From: an uncultured Gemmatimonadales bacterium
GTDB taxonomy: Bacteria; Gemmatimonadota; Gemmatimonadetes; Gemmatimonadales; GWC2-71-9
Length of the DNA stretch: 64,000 nt
Reading direction: 5' to 3'
Assembly: GCA_963833365.1 (NCBI GenBank)
Contig: CAWHXS010000012.1
Coordinates: 166,767-230,766, forward strand
Part shown: positions 29,146 to 38,889 of the stretch, in pieces
Position numbering within the stretch: the first letter of the stretch is position 1
Layout of the letters: each line of letters starts with the position of its first letter
Program-made: the position numbers and the translations under genes
Notes under the pieces: generated by a model
Told to the model about the DNA's origin: nothing
What the model saw: only the letters and a program-made list of their open reading frames with translations
Databases searched by the model: none

Positions 29146-31110
29146 ATGCTTCTCATTGCCGCGGGATCCCTCGCGATCTCGCTTCTCGTCTCGCCCGGAC
29201 CCGATCCGACTCAGGGTGAGGATCGTACTCCGGTCGTTCGGCGCATCGCCGCCACTACCGCACTCGCCGCCCAGGAGTATCGCGAAGGCGTGAAGGACGG
29301 AAAGGTCATCGCGCGAGCCGAGGTCGAAGAGGCCGAGCTGTTTCTCACCGAGGCCCGGCGCACCGCGGCCGGGTTGCCGCTCGATGTCAGCAAGTACCAC
29401 CGGTCGCACGAACTCGATCGGATTCTCGGCATGGTACGGCAGACCGCCGAGCCCGATTCGATCGACATCCGGGTACGCCAACTGACCGCGACACTCAGCC
29501 AGAAACTCGGCGTGTCGCTGGAGGAAATTCCCCCGCCCAGGTTCCGACGCTCGCCCGCGGTGCCGAGCTCTATCAGACCAATTGCGCCAGCTGTCATGGG
29601 ATGACGTGGACGCGGCGATGGACCGGCCGGCGTGTCACTCAATCCGCCCGCGCCCGACCTCACCGACTTCCGCACGCTCACCGATCGTTCTCCGCTCGAT
29701 TTCTATCGTCGCAGTCACCATCGGGGTCGCGGGCACCGCGATGCCCGCCTTCGAGACCCGGCTCTACGGCCGGAGGACCGGTGGGCCGCGGCGGTGTACG
29801 CCACGTTGCTCCGGTTGCCGGCCCCGCGAGGCGAAGTGCCCAATCGCTCTACGCGAGTTCGCCTCGACCGGTCGGATGACCGATAGCCGAGATCGCCGCG
29901 GCACTGGATCCAGATGCCGACCACTGTCACCTGCTACTCGCTCCCGGATCGCAGCGGTGCGCGGCTTTCAGGGCAACATCGCTACGGCCGATGCCAGCGG
30001 CGATGGTGTTCGCCCGGGTCCGGAGCCGAGCTCGATTCGGCGCAGATGCTGGCGGGGCAGGGGCAGGGTGCCGCGGCCAGCGGAACCGCGTTCGACGCGT
30101 ACATGACGTTTGAGCAGGTGGAGAACTGCGGTGCGGGTGAAGAACGCCGCACTGGCCGACCAGCTCGAGGCGGGCTTCGCCGCTTATCGCACTCGGGCCG
30201 CCGGCGGCGCCACCGCAGCAGGAGCTGCAAGGGGATTCAGGCCCACCTGCTGGCCGACCTCGAGAACGCCGAGCGGGTCATCGGAGACCAGCTGTCCCCG
30301 TTCAACCTGTTCCTCCAGTCGCTGATCATCCTGCTGCGCGAAGGGCTCGAGGCGATCCTGGTGGTCGGCGCGCTGATGGCGTTCCTGGTGAAGACCGGGC
30401 AACGTCCAGCGCAAGCGCGACATCCACGTCGGCGTCGGCGCCGCGGTCGTGGCCAGCCTGCTCACCGCCGTCGCGCTGGAGACCATCTTCCAGATCTCGC
30501 CGGCCCGGCGCGAGGCGCTGGAAGGCGTGACGATGATGGTCGCGACGGCGATGCTGTTCTACGTGAGCTACTGGCTCTTGTCGAAGATGGAAGTGGCCAA
30601 GTGGAATCGCTTCGTGCGGGGCCGGGTGCAGGACGCGGTGACCAGCGGCTCGGCGCTGGCCCTGGCGTCGGTGGCATTCCTCGCCGTCTATCGCGAAGGC
30701 TTCGAGACGGTGCTGTTCTACAAGGCGCTGTTCCTGACCGGTGGCGGCATCGCGCATTCCCATCGTGCTCGGCATGCTGGTCGGCTCGGTCGTCGCTGGT
30801 GGCGTGGTCTATGTCGCGATCAACCGTACGGCGTGAAGCATTCCGCTCAAGCCGTTCTTCGGCTTCACCAGCGCCTTCCTCTACTACATGGCGTTCGTCT
30901 TTGCGGGGAAGGGAATCGCGGAGCTGCAGGAGGGCGGTCTGGTCGGCACTACGATGCGTGCCGTGGGCGCCGCGCATTCCGGCACTGGGCATCTATCCCA
31001 CGGTCGAATCGCTGGCGCTTCAGGGAGTGCTGCTCGCTGTTGCTGGCCGGTCGGACTGGTCTGGACCTTCGTGATCGAGCCGCGCCGGCTCAAGGTCGAC
31101 CAGCGTCGAT
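29146..31110 (+). pseudogene. cytochrome c / FTR1-family iron permease fusion; at least 8 frameshifts, 3' end uncertain
   Basis: Signal peptide MLLIAAGSLAISLL. Haem motif in ELYQTNCASCHG...GTAMPAF. Two FTR1 REXXE motifs: LLREGLEAILVVGALMAF and AVYREGFETVLFYKALF. The pieces are spread over all three frames. Confidence 0.7.
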
Positions 31111-31303
31111 GGTGCCGGACGCCGCGAGGCCGCCCGGCGCAGCCCGCCATTCCGATCGAGCCGTCGCGCGTGGATCTCGACATGCATACGCTCGCTCGAG
31201 CGCATGGGTGCCGATCTGGCGGAGCTGCGGGCGGAGGTCGAGCGGCTGAAGCAGCTGCTGGCTCGCGCGATCGTCGCGGCGGTAGGCGTCGCGGCCACGT
31301 CGT

Positions 31304-32047
31304 CGCGACTGAAGTCGCGGCTCGGCAGACCGTGGCTCTGCCACGGGTGCGATGTGAATCTCCTTTGTAGATGCGGCGGCGGGTCGGCTGCGCCGCGGTG
31401 GTCGCGACTCTAGTCGCGTGCACCTTCGGCCGCGATGTTAGCCTCCCTCGCCCGTGCGGCCTCGCTTGCCACGTCGTACTCCGCCGCCTCGTCGCCACTC
31501 CAACCGGCAATCGCCTCCGCCGGATGGTGCTGCGGCTGCCCTCTCAGGTAGTGTCGCACTCGTTCCAGAATACGGGTGCTCACGCTGTGAACGCTGTACC
31601 CCTTTGCCCAGTAGAGACGACCCGCCGCCCCATAACCTCCCTGCGTGGCCAGCGCCGAGCTGGCTCCTTTCAGCCGCTTGAGCAGCTGGGCAATACTCGT
31701 TGTGGGATGCACCCGGACCAGCAGGTGCACGTGGGTCTGGACCATCCCAATTTCGAGGATGTAGCACCGCTCCTTGCGGGCCAGGGCGCGTAGGATCCGA
31801 CAGAGGAACCGGGCCAAGGCGGCGTCGATGAGCCGGGCGCGGTCGCGGGTGGTCCAGGCTACGTGGACGTAGAGTCGGGGAAACACGGCGGAGAATAACG
31901 CCAGGTTGCGCTGATTCGCTGATCAGATTCCCGCGACCCCGACCAGAGAAATGCAACGAGTCCACGGCTGCGTGCGTCGCGAAGGTCGCGACTAAAATCG
32001 CGTGTCGTCGCGAAGCGACGCCTTGCCGAGCCGCGACTTCAGTCGCG
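31304..32047. mobile_element. REPtron-like unit: a RAYT gene flanked by REP-like palindromes
   Basis: CGCGACT-NN-AGTCGCG occurs at 31304-31319, 31403-31418 and 32032-47. An imperfect copy (CGCGACTAAAATCGCG) is at 31987-32002. Related GC palindromes are at 31973-31993 and 32005-32020. Confidence 0.65.
31410..31886 (-). CDS. REP-associated tyrosine transposase (RAYT; IS200/IS605-like Y1 transposase)
   Basis: 158 aa. HUH motif in VQTHVHLLVRV. Catalytic Tyr region VRHYLRGQPQHH. No tnpB partner. Flanked by short palindromes. Confidence 0.75.
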   Translation of the reverse strand: MFPRLYVHVAWTTRDRARLIDAALARFLCRILRALARKERCYILEIGMVQTHVHLLVRVHPTTSIAQLLKRLKGASSALATQGGYGAAGRLYWAKGYSVHSVSTRILERVRHYLRGQPQHHPAEAIAGWSGDEAAEYDVASEAARAREANIAAEGARD

Positions 32048-32887
32048 TGCCCTGGTCTGAGAGAGGTAAGGGCCCGGGTCAGGCGAGGGACTGTGGCTGT
32101 ACTTCGCGATGAGCGTGGCGGCGATCACGATCAACACTATGCTCACCACCTGCGCCACGGTTAGAGGGCCGAGGAAGCGATCGTCCTTGGCCCGCAGGAT
32201 TTCGATCAGGAACCGCTCGACTCCCGCGAACAGCAGATAGACCCCGAACAGCCAGCCCACCGGTTTGTCCTTGAGCCGCCACCGCCACAAGAGGGCGAAG
32301 ACGGCCAGCATGATGACGACCTCGTACAGCTGCGTCGGATGCACCGCGAGCACGGTCTGGGGATCGGTGCCAGGCGGCACCGGAATGCCGAAGAGCGAGG
32401 TCATGTTCTCTGCGGTTGACGGCGGCAGTCCCTGGGGGAATTTGACTCCCCACGGGAGATTGGTCGGGCGGCCGTAGTCGTCGTTCACGATGAAGCAGCC
32501 GATCCGTCCCAGCGCATACGCCGCGGCGAGAGACGGGGCCGCGATCTGGAAGGTCCACCGGAGCGGAACTCGCTTGCGCCACCCGTTGATCATCACCGCC
32601 GCCGCTCCGCCGACAAAACCTCCGTACCACACCAGGCCACCGCGCGAGAAGAGGCTGCCGCCGTTCATCGCCCAGTACCACAGCTTGGCGCCGATGATGC
32701 CGCCGATCACCGCCGCGACGGTGATGTCCGCCGCGTACTCCTCGTGAAGCCCGCGCCGCCGCAGCTCCAAGGCGATCAGCCAGCCGCCCATGAGGAAGCC
32801 GACCATCATCATGATCCCGTAGCCGGTGATCTCGATGTGGCCGAGGAGGGGCACCGGGAAGCGCCAGACGAGGGGATAAACGTTCAT
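32039..32887 (-). CDS. lgt: prolipoprotein diacylglyceryl transferase
   Basis: 282-aa multi-TM protein with ITGYGIMMMVGF, LGRIGCFIVNDDYGRPTNLPWGVKF and HPTQLYE. Confidence 0.9.
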   Translation of the reverse strand: MNVYPLVWRFPVPLLGHIEITGYGIMMMVGFLMGGWLIALELRRRGLHEEYAADITVAAVIGGIIGAKLWYWAMNGGSLFSRGGLVWYGGFVGGAAAVMINGWRKRVPLRWTFQIAAPSLAAAYALGRIGCFIVNDDYGRPTNLPWGVKFPQGLPPSTAENMTSLFGIPVPPGTDPQTVLAVHPTQLYEVVIMLAVFALLWRWRLKDKPVGWLFGVYLLFAGVERFLIEILRAKDDRFLGPLTVAQVVSIVLIVIAATLIAKYSHSPSPDPGPYLSQTRARD

Positions 32888-33951
32888 CGGGGTGCGCCTG
32901 TGAGGGCAGCGGGAATGGTGAGACCGGGGAATGGCAGATCGGCTCTGGGCTCGAGGTCCCAGCCGCTCGATTCTCCGCGGCTCAGGTGCCAGGCGCCGGC
33001 CGCGGCGATCATGGCCGCGTTGTCGGTATTGAGCCGGTTCGAGGCGACGGCCACGGTGGCGTCTCCCGAAAGCATGGAGCGGACCCGCTCGACCAGAACC
33101 TGGTTGCAGGCGACACCGCCACCCAGCATCACTCGAGAGTAACCCAGGTTGACCGCGGCATCGGCCGTCTTCGAGGCCAGCACTTCGACCATCGCGTCCT
33201 GGAATCCTCGCGCCATGTCCGCGCGCTCGGCCTCGAGGTCCCGGCTGGCCCGCACCGCGCGAAGTACGGCGGTCTTGAGCCCGCTGAACGAGAACGCGTA
33301 GCGATCCGGCCCCTCGCGGTCCAGTTCCTTGAGCAGAGGCCGCGGGAAGTTATAGCGGCCGGCCTGGCCCGATTGCGCGAGACGCTCGATCGCGGCCCCG
33401 CCGGGATAACCGAGGCCGAGGAGTGTGGCCACCTTGTCGAAGGCTTCACCGGCCGCATCGTCACGCGTGCTCCCCAGCAGCCGGTAGTCTCCCCACGCCG
33501 GTACCTCCAGCAGCAGAGTGTGACCTCCGCTCACCAGCAGCGCCACGAATGGCGGCGCGAATTCGGGTTGTTCCAGGGTCGGCGCGAAGAGATGGCCCTC
33601 GAGATGGTGAACGCCGATTAGCGGAACGTCGAGAGACAGGGCCATGGTCTTTCCGAACATGACGCCCACCAGCAACGCTCCCACCAATCCCGGTCCCGCG
33701 GTCACGGCAACGGCGTTCACTCCATTTTGAGTGATCCCGGCCTCCGCCAGCGCCCGCTCGGCGACATCACCGATGGTCTGGAGGTGAGCCCGGCTCGCCA
33801 GCTCCGGGACTACTCCGCCGAATATCCGGTGGACGTCCTGCGAAAGGATGACGAGACTGGCGAGGCGCCGCTTGTCTCCCTCGACCGAAAGCACTGCCGC
33901 CGAAGTTTCGTCACACGACGTCTCGAAGGCGAGAATGTTCTGGGCCATCAC
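32884..33951 (-). CDS. tsaD: tRNA N6-adenosine threonylcarbamoyltransferase
   Basis: ILAFETSCDETSAAV, GVHHLEGHL and GGVACN motifs. ATGA overlaps on both sides. Confidence 0.9.
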   Translation of the reverse strand: MMAQNILAFETSCDETSAAVLSVEGDKRRLASLVILSQDVHRIFGGVVPELASRAHLQTIGDVAERALAEAGITQNGVNAVAVTAGPGLVGALLVGVMFGKTMALSLDVPLIGVHHLEGHLFAPTLEQPEFAPPFVALLVSGGHTLLLEVPAWGDYRLLGSTRDDAAGEAFDKVATLLGLGYPGGAAIERLAQSGQAGRYNFPRPLLKELDREGPDRYAFSFSGLKTAVLRAVRASRDLEAERADMARGFQDAMVEVLASKTADAAVNLGYSRVMLGGGVACNQVLVERVRSMLSGDATVAVASNRLNTDNAAMIAAAGAWHLSRGESSGWDLEPRADLPFPGLTIPAALTGAPR

Positions 33952-34622
33952 TGACCCTCTCGCTTGCCGGTGTCGGGCAGGACTTCGAAGCTGATCATGA
34001 CCTCGGGCGGGGAAACCTTCACCGTGCCGAATCCTTCCGTATCGATCGCGACCGAGCGCTCGAAGACTCCCTCGACTTTTTCGACGCGCAGCGGGACGGT
34101 TTTCACGGAGTCGATTCTAGCCACGAGGTCGGCAGGGCCGGTGAGGCGTACCGTTCCCGGAAATACCTGGACCGCCCGCATCAGCCTGGTTCCCGAGTCC
34201 AGCTCCAACCTCAGGTCAGGATGAACCGGGACCGAGCGAAACACCACAGGATCGAGCTGAAGGGTGACCTGGCGGGGCTGGATATCCTGCACCCTGACTT
34301 CACCGCCTCGCGGCACCTCGACTTCCGAAGGCAGCAGGTCCAGCGTGACTGCGCGCCCGGTGATCGTGTCGGGAAGAATGCGGGTCAGGGTAAGGTGGGC
34401 GCCGGTGAGCTTGATCAGCTCGCGCCGGGGACCGACCACGAGGGCGGTTATTGGCGGAGGATCTCCGGTGAACGAACGGCCTGCGGGTCCCTGGGGAGCC
34501 AGCGTTACCGGAAGAACCGTGCTGGCCGGCTGCTCCGCGGTGGCGACCACCCAGAGCATGACCGCCAGCAGGAGAGAGGTGATCTTGAGCGGCCAATTCC
34601 TCGCCAGCGCGCCGAGCTTCAC
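33948..34622 (-). CDS. YbbR-like domain protein
   Basis: 224 aa. N-terminal anchor NWPLKITSLLLAVMLWVV followed by repeated beta-rich YbbR-type modules. Confidence 0.6.
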   Translation of the reverse strand: MKLGALARNWPLKITSLLLAVMLWVVATAEQPASTVLPVTLAPQGPAGRSFTGDPPPITALVVGPRRELIKLTGAHLTLTRILPDTITGRAVTLDLLPSEVEVPRGGEVRVQDIQPRQVTLQLDPVVFRSVPVHPDLRLELDSGTRLMRAVQVFPGTVRLTGPADLVARIDSVKTVPLRVEKVEGVFERSVAIDTEGFGTVKVSPPEVMISFEVLPDTGKREGQ

Positions 34623-35161
34623 GAGTCCGGAGATTCCGCGAGGAGCCTGGCGACCAGCGCTCGATTCACCGGGGAGTTCCAGTCCTGTGCCCCGATGAGG
34701 CGTTTCACGATCACGCCCTTCTTGTTAACCAGGAAGCTCTCGGGAACACCGGTGGTCTGATAATCCTGCTGGATCTGGCCGTCCCGATCCTGCAGGATGT
34801 CGAAGGTGAGATGCAGATCGTCGGCGAACTGGCGAACCTCCTGGGGGCCGACCACGTCCACGCTCACCGCCGCGATCTTGAAGCCCTTCCCGCTGAGCGA
34901 GTCGTACAGGGCCTGCATCGCCGGCATCTCGACCTTGCAGGGGATACAGTAGGTGGCCCAGACGTTCACCAGGGTCACGGTGCCCTTGTAGTGCCGCCGG
35001 AAGCTGACGCTATCCTGGTTCCGGAGGTCGTACACCTTGAAGTCGGGCGCTGGCGCACCGATCTGGACCGCTGTGACATCGGGACCGAACCAGAGCACTG
35101 CGCCGACCGCCAGGCCCAGCCCTGCAACGATCGATCCCACCCAAAACCATTGTCTATTCAC
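34619..35161 (-). CDS. TlpA/ResA-family thiol:disulfide oxidoreductase
   Basis: Signal anchor plus a thioredoxin fold with WATYCIPC (CxxC). Confidence 0.8.
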   Translation of the reverse strand: MNRQWFWVGSIVAGLGLAVGAVLWFGPDVTAVQIGAPAPDFKVYDLRNQDSVSFRRHYKGTVTLVNVWATYCIPCKVEMPAMQALYDSLSGKGFKIAAVSVDVVGPQEVRQFADDLHLTFDILQDRDGQIQQDYQTTGVPESFLVNKKGVIVKRLIGAQDWNSPVNRALVARLLAESPDS

Positions 35162-35167
35162 GATTCC

Positions 35168-35833
35168 TTAAACCTGCTGGAGACAACGTCTCTTTAACGC
35201 CCGCACCGCCCCACCCGGATCTCCCGTTCCGAAGACCGCGGTTCCCGCCACAAAAGTATCGGCTCCGGCGCGCCATGCCGTCTCGATGGTCTCGACCGTG
35301 ATCCCGCCATCCACTTCCAGCGCGGCACGGGAACCTTCGCTGTCGAGCAGGGCGCGGGCCCGCTCAATCTTCCCAGTCGCCGCCGGAATGTAGGACTGGC
35401 CGCCGAATCCGGGGTTTACACTCATGATGAGCAGCAGGTCGAGATCGTCAACTACCTCGGCGACGGCCTCGAGCGGTGTCGAAGGCACCAGTGCCAGACC
35501 GGCCATCATGCCGCGTTCCCGGACATGGGCAAGATGTCGCTGGACGTGCACGGTCGCCTCGGGATGGAAGGTGAAGACCGTGGCGCCCAGATCGGCGTAC
35601 TCCATGATGTAACGCTCGGGTTCCTGGACCATGAGGTGCACGTCGAGCGGCGCGTTGGTGAATTGCCGCAAGGCGCGAAGCACCGGGGCGCCGAAGGTCA
35701 GGTTGGGCACAAACCGGCCGTCCATCACATCGATGTGGAGCCACTCGGCTCCGCCGGCCAAAGCGGCCTCGACCTCTTCCTTCAACCGGCCGAGGTCGGC
35801 GCTAAGCAGGCTGGGGGCGATCCGCACCGTCAT
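35168..35833 (-). CDS. rpe: ribulose-phosphate 3-epimerase
   Basis: IAPSLLSADLGRL, HIDVMDGRFVPN, MSVNPGFGGQ and VDGGI motifs. Confidence 0.9.
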   Translation of the reverse strand: MTVRIAPSLLSADLGRLKEEVEAALAGGAEWLHIDVMDGRFVPNLTFGAPVLRALRQFTNAPLDVHLMVQEPERYIMEYADLGATVFTFHPEATVHVQRHLAHVRERGMMAGLALVPSTPLEAVAEVVDDLDLLLIMSVNPGFGGQSYIPAATGKIERARALLDSEGSRAALEVDGGITVETIETAWRAGADTFVAGTAVFGTGDPGGAVRALKRRCLQQV

Positions 35834-36606
35834 GGAGAGGCCTTCCGTGAGAGGACCAGATCCACCTTACTACCTCGCGAGCTCAAGGTACCCGGTGCGG
35901 GTTGCTGTTCCACCACGATGCCGTCCGGCTTTCCCAGGACAGTGCGTGACGATGTTGAGCCGAGCGTAAGGCCCGCCAGCTCCAGCCGCTCCCGCGCCTG
36001 TTGCGTCGTCATTCCGATCACGCCCGGCACGCTGATTTCGGCGGGACCGCGGCTCACCACGACGTCAACCGGGGTTCCCGGATCGCGACCGACTCCCGCA
36101 CCCGGACGGGTCGCGACCACGACGCCAGGATCCGCCGCCGAGGGCAGCGAGTCGGTGACGCCGATCGTGAGCCCGGAAGCCTGGAGAACCTTGACCGCCA
36201 GGTCCGCGTCGAATCCGACCACGTCAGGCACCGCGATCGGGGCGGGACCATTGCTCAAGGCCAGGGTGATCGGCGAGTTGGGCGGCAGCACGACACCGGG
36301 CGCCGGGTCCTGCCAGACCACCGTTCCCTTGGGCGCCTTGGGATGGGCCATATCCGGGTCCAGCTTCATCCGGAACCCTGCCTTGGTGAGCCGTGACTTC
36401 GCCTCCGTGACCCCCAGGTCGAGGAGCCGCGGCACCGCGTGATCGGTCGAGAACAGCTTGGACGGGAACAACCAGAGCACGGTGAGAAGGTAACCGATAA
36501 GGAACGCGCCAAGGACGACGGCAACCTGGAGGACCAGTCTGCGTCCGGCAATCGTCTCAAGCATCGGCTGGAACAGCGGCTGGCCCTCATGGCGCCGGAA
36601 GCGCAT
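35830..36606 (-). CDS. PASTA-domain membrane protein (no kinase or PBP domain)
   Basis: N-terminal TM segment (LVLQVAVVLGAFLIGYLL) followed by three PASTA-like repeats (VPRLLDLGVTEA..., VPDVVGFDAD..., VPGVIGMTTQQA...). Confidence 0.75.
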   Translation of the reverse strand: MRFRRHEGQPLFQPMLETIAGRRLVLQVAVVLGAFLIGYLLTVLWLFPSKLFSTDHAVPRLLDLGVTEAKSRLTKAGFRMKLDPDMAHPKAPKGTVVWQDPAPGVVLPPNSPITLALSNGPAPIAVPDVVGFDADLAVKVLQASGLTIGVTDSLPSAADPGVVVATRPGAGVGRDPGTPVDVVVSRGPAEISVPGVIGMTTQQARERLELAGLTLGSTSSRTVLGKPDGIVVEQQPAPGTLSSRGSKVDLVLSRKASP

Positions 36607-37961
36607 TAGGCGATTCTCCTGAGGCGGGCTGCGAAGGCCCCATCCATGCCGTGCCGCTGAGGGAGCAATTCGAGGTCTCCCTTGTCGGAGAGCAGCTCAG
36701 AAGTCAGGCCGGCGGGCGGCTCACGACGGAATTCCGCCGAGCCCGCAAGGAAGTGATCGATCTGCTCGGCGTTCTCCTCCGGCTCGAGGGAGCAGGTAGA
36801 GTAGACGAGCAGGCCGCCCGGCGGTATCAGCGCGGCACACGCGGTCAGCAGACCTGCCTGGCGCCGCCTCAGGCGATCGAGAGCTTCAGGATTCACCTTC
36901 CACCGGGCGTCGGGATGCCGGGCGAAGGTGCCGGTGCCCAGGCAGGGAGCGTCCAGCAGAACCGCGGCGCATCGCTTGAGCGGAGGGCGACTCGCGTCCG
37001 CCGCCACGATGAACGCAGGCCCTGACCCGGCGCGAGCGAGATTCTCAGCCAGTCGCGGCAGCCGCGAGGGCCGGGCTTCGCCCGCGATCACCGAACGGAC
37101 GCTGCGGCCCATGCGCGATCGTCTTGCCGCCCGGGGCGGCACAAGCGTCGTACACCATGGCATCGGCGGGGAAGTCCGCGAATCGTACGACCAGAGCCTG
37201 GGCCGGATCCTGAACGATGAAGGCGCCTACGGCGTATCCCGGCAGATTGGCGGGAGACCGTCCCGTCACAATCAGCCCCGCACCGAAGGGCGCAGGCTCA
37301 AATTCGATTCGATTCTCCTCGAACCGGTTACCGATCTGAGTTTCGCTCTCCCGGCCGGGCTGCACGACAAGAACGGGGCGCCGGTTGTTCCACGCGAGAA
37401 GCGCCTCGGTGTCTTCCGAGCCGAATCGCGCTACCCAACGGGCGATGAGCCAGTCGGGGTGGGAGTAACGGGTGGACAGGTCGGTCAGGACGGACGAGGC
37501 GGACGGGTCGGACAGGGCGGACGGGATTTTCCCGTGCTAGGCCCGGGGTTTCCCGCCTCTCCCGCCCTCCGCAGCACCGCGTTCACGAACCCCGCGGCCT
37601 TCGCTCCAGCCACTTCGCGCGCCAGGTCCACCGATGTGCTGACGGCGGCGTGAGGTGGCACCCGGTCCAGCTGATCCAGCTGGTACACGCCGAGGCGGAG
37701 CACGCCGCGAATCAAGGGGGGCACTGAGCCGAGTCCCCGGGGCACGTGCCGTTCCAGCCGGGAATCGAGCTCGGTCTGACGCCGCAGGACTCCGGCCGCA
37801 AGCTCATGAGCCAGCCGGCGATCGGCCCCTTCCAGCCCCTTCATGCTCAACTCCAGCGCCGCATCCATCGGCAGGCCACGACCTGCCCGCTCCAGGATTC
37901 GGAGCGCGGCGCGGCGTGGCGCGAGGCCGGGTGGTGAAAGGTCAGTGGATGCGTCGGTCAA
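36606..37961 (-). pseudogene. rsmB: 16S rRNA (cytosine967-C5)-methyltransferase RsmB; frameshifts near 37530 and 37110
   Basis: The NusB-like N-domain is in ORF 37485..37961. ...LSTRYSHPDWLIARW...FIVQDPAQALV...DACAAPGGKT is in the frame of 37045..37365. ...LLDAPCLGTGTFARHPDARW...LVYSTCSLEPEENE is in ORF 36606..37163. Confidence 0.8.
37488..37527. repeat. 9-nt tandem repeat GGACNNGNC x4 (reverse complement of the GTCCGCC family) in the rsmB linker
   Basis: Units GGACGAGGC, GGACGGGTC, GGACAGGGC and GGACGGGAT (37492-37527). In the methyltransferase frame they read IPSALSDPSASSVL without a stop. Confidence 0.75.
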
Positions 37962-38076
37962 TGGTCGATGGTCGATGGTCAGTGGTCTTGGGTCTTGGGT
38001 CTTGGGTCTTGAGACTTTATTCCTCGCCCTTCTCCCTTCTCCTGTCTCCCCACTCCCCCACTCCCTACTCCCTACT
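37940..38076. repeat. composite heptamer array (GGTCNNT x6, GGTCTTG x4, CCCTTCT/CCCCACT/CCCTACT x7)
   Basis: The 7-nt register is nearly continuous from 37940 to 38076. The thiG stop (38065-38067) and its last codons lie inside the CCCTACT units. The rsmB TTG start (37961) lies inside the GGTCAAT unit. Confidence 0.85.
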
Positions 38077-38889
38077 CCCCAGCATCCCGCTGACGGGACT
38101 CGACGGCACCGCCACCTCCCGCCGAGGCATCCGACCCGCCAGGAACGCGAGGCGGCCTGCTTCGACGGCGTAGCGCATCGCGAGGGCCATGCTCACCGCG
38201 TCTTCGGCCTCGGCGATGGCGGTGTTCATGAGAATGCCGTCAACGCCTTGCTCCATCGTGATGCATGCATCGGAGGCGGTGCCGACCCCGGCATCCACCA
38301 GCACCGGCACCTTGAGCCGCTTCTTGATGGTGCGAATGCTGTAGGGATTGAGCAGGCCGAGTCCGCTGCCGATCGGAGATGCGAGCGGCATGACGGCGGC
38401 GGCGCCGGCGTCCTCCAGTCGCAACGCAGTGATCAGGTCATCGTTGGTATAGGCCATCACCTGGAATCCCTCGGCCGCCAGCGTCTTCGTGGCGGAGATG
38501 AGGCCGGCGGTGTCGGGAAGCAGGGTGTCTCGGTCCCCAATCACTTCCAGTTTGATGAAATCGTTGAATCCCGCTTCGCGACCGAGCCGGGCGTAGCGGG
38601 TCGCTTCGTCCGCTGTATAACAGCCCGCGGTGTTGGCGAGCAGAAAATACCGGGTGGGATCGAGGTGATAGAGCAGTCCCTCTTCCCGGGTGCGATCGAG
38701 GTCTACCCGACGCACGGCGACCGTTACCACCTCGGCGCCGGACGCCTCGATGGCGCGGACCATTTCCACGTTGCTGCGGTACTTCCCGGTGCCAACCAGC
38801 AAACGGGAACGAAAAGATCGTCCACCCACCGTGAGCGGCGGATCGGTCAAGGTTTGTTCCTGTATTGTCGTTGCCATATTCCGCCTCAT
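38065..38889 (-). CDS. thiG: thiazole synthase
   Basis: LTVGGRSFRSRLLVGTGKY, full-length ThiG. The ATG at 38889 overlaps the thiS TGA (ATGA). An alternative Met5 is at 38877. Confidence 0.9.
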   Translation of the reverse strand: MRRNMATTIQEQTLTDPPLTVGGRSFRSRLLVGTGKYRSNVEMVRAIEASGAEVVTVAVRRVDLDRTREEGLLYHLDPTRYFLLANTAGCYTADEATRYARLGREAGFNDFIKLEVIGDRDTLLPDTAGLISATKTLAAEGFQVMAYTNDDLITALRLEDAGAAAVMPLASPIGSGLGLLNPYSIRTIKKRLKVPVLVDAGVGTASDACITMEQGVDGILMNTAIAEAEDAVSMALAMRYAVEAGRLAFLAGRMPRREVAVPSSPVSGMLGSRE

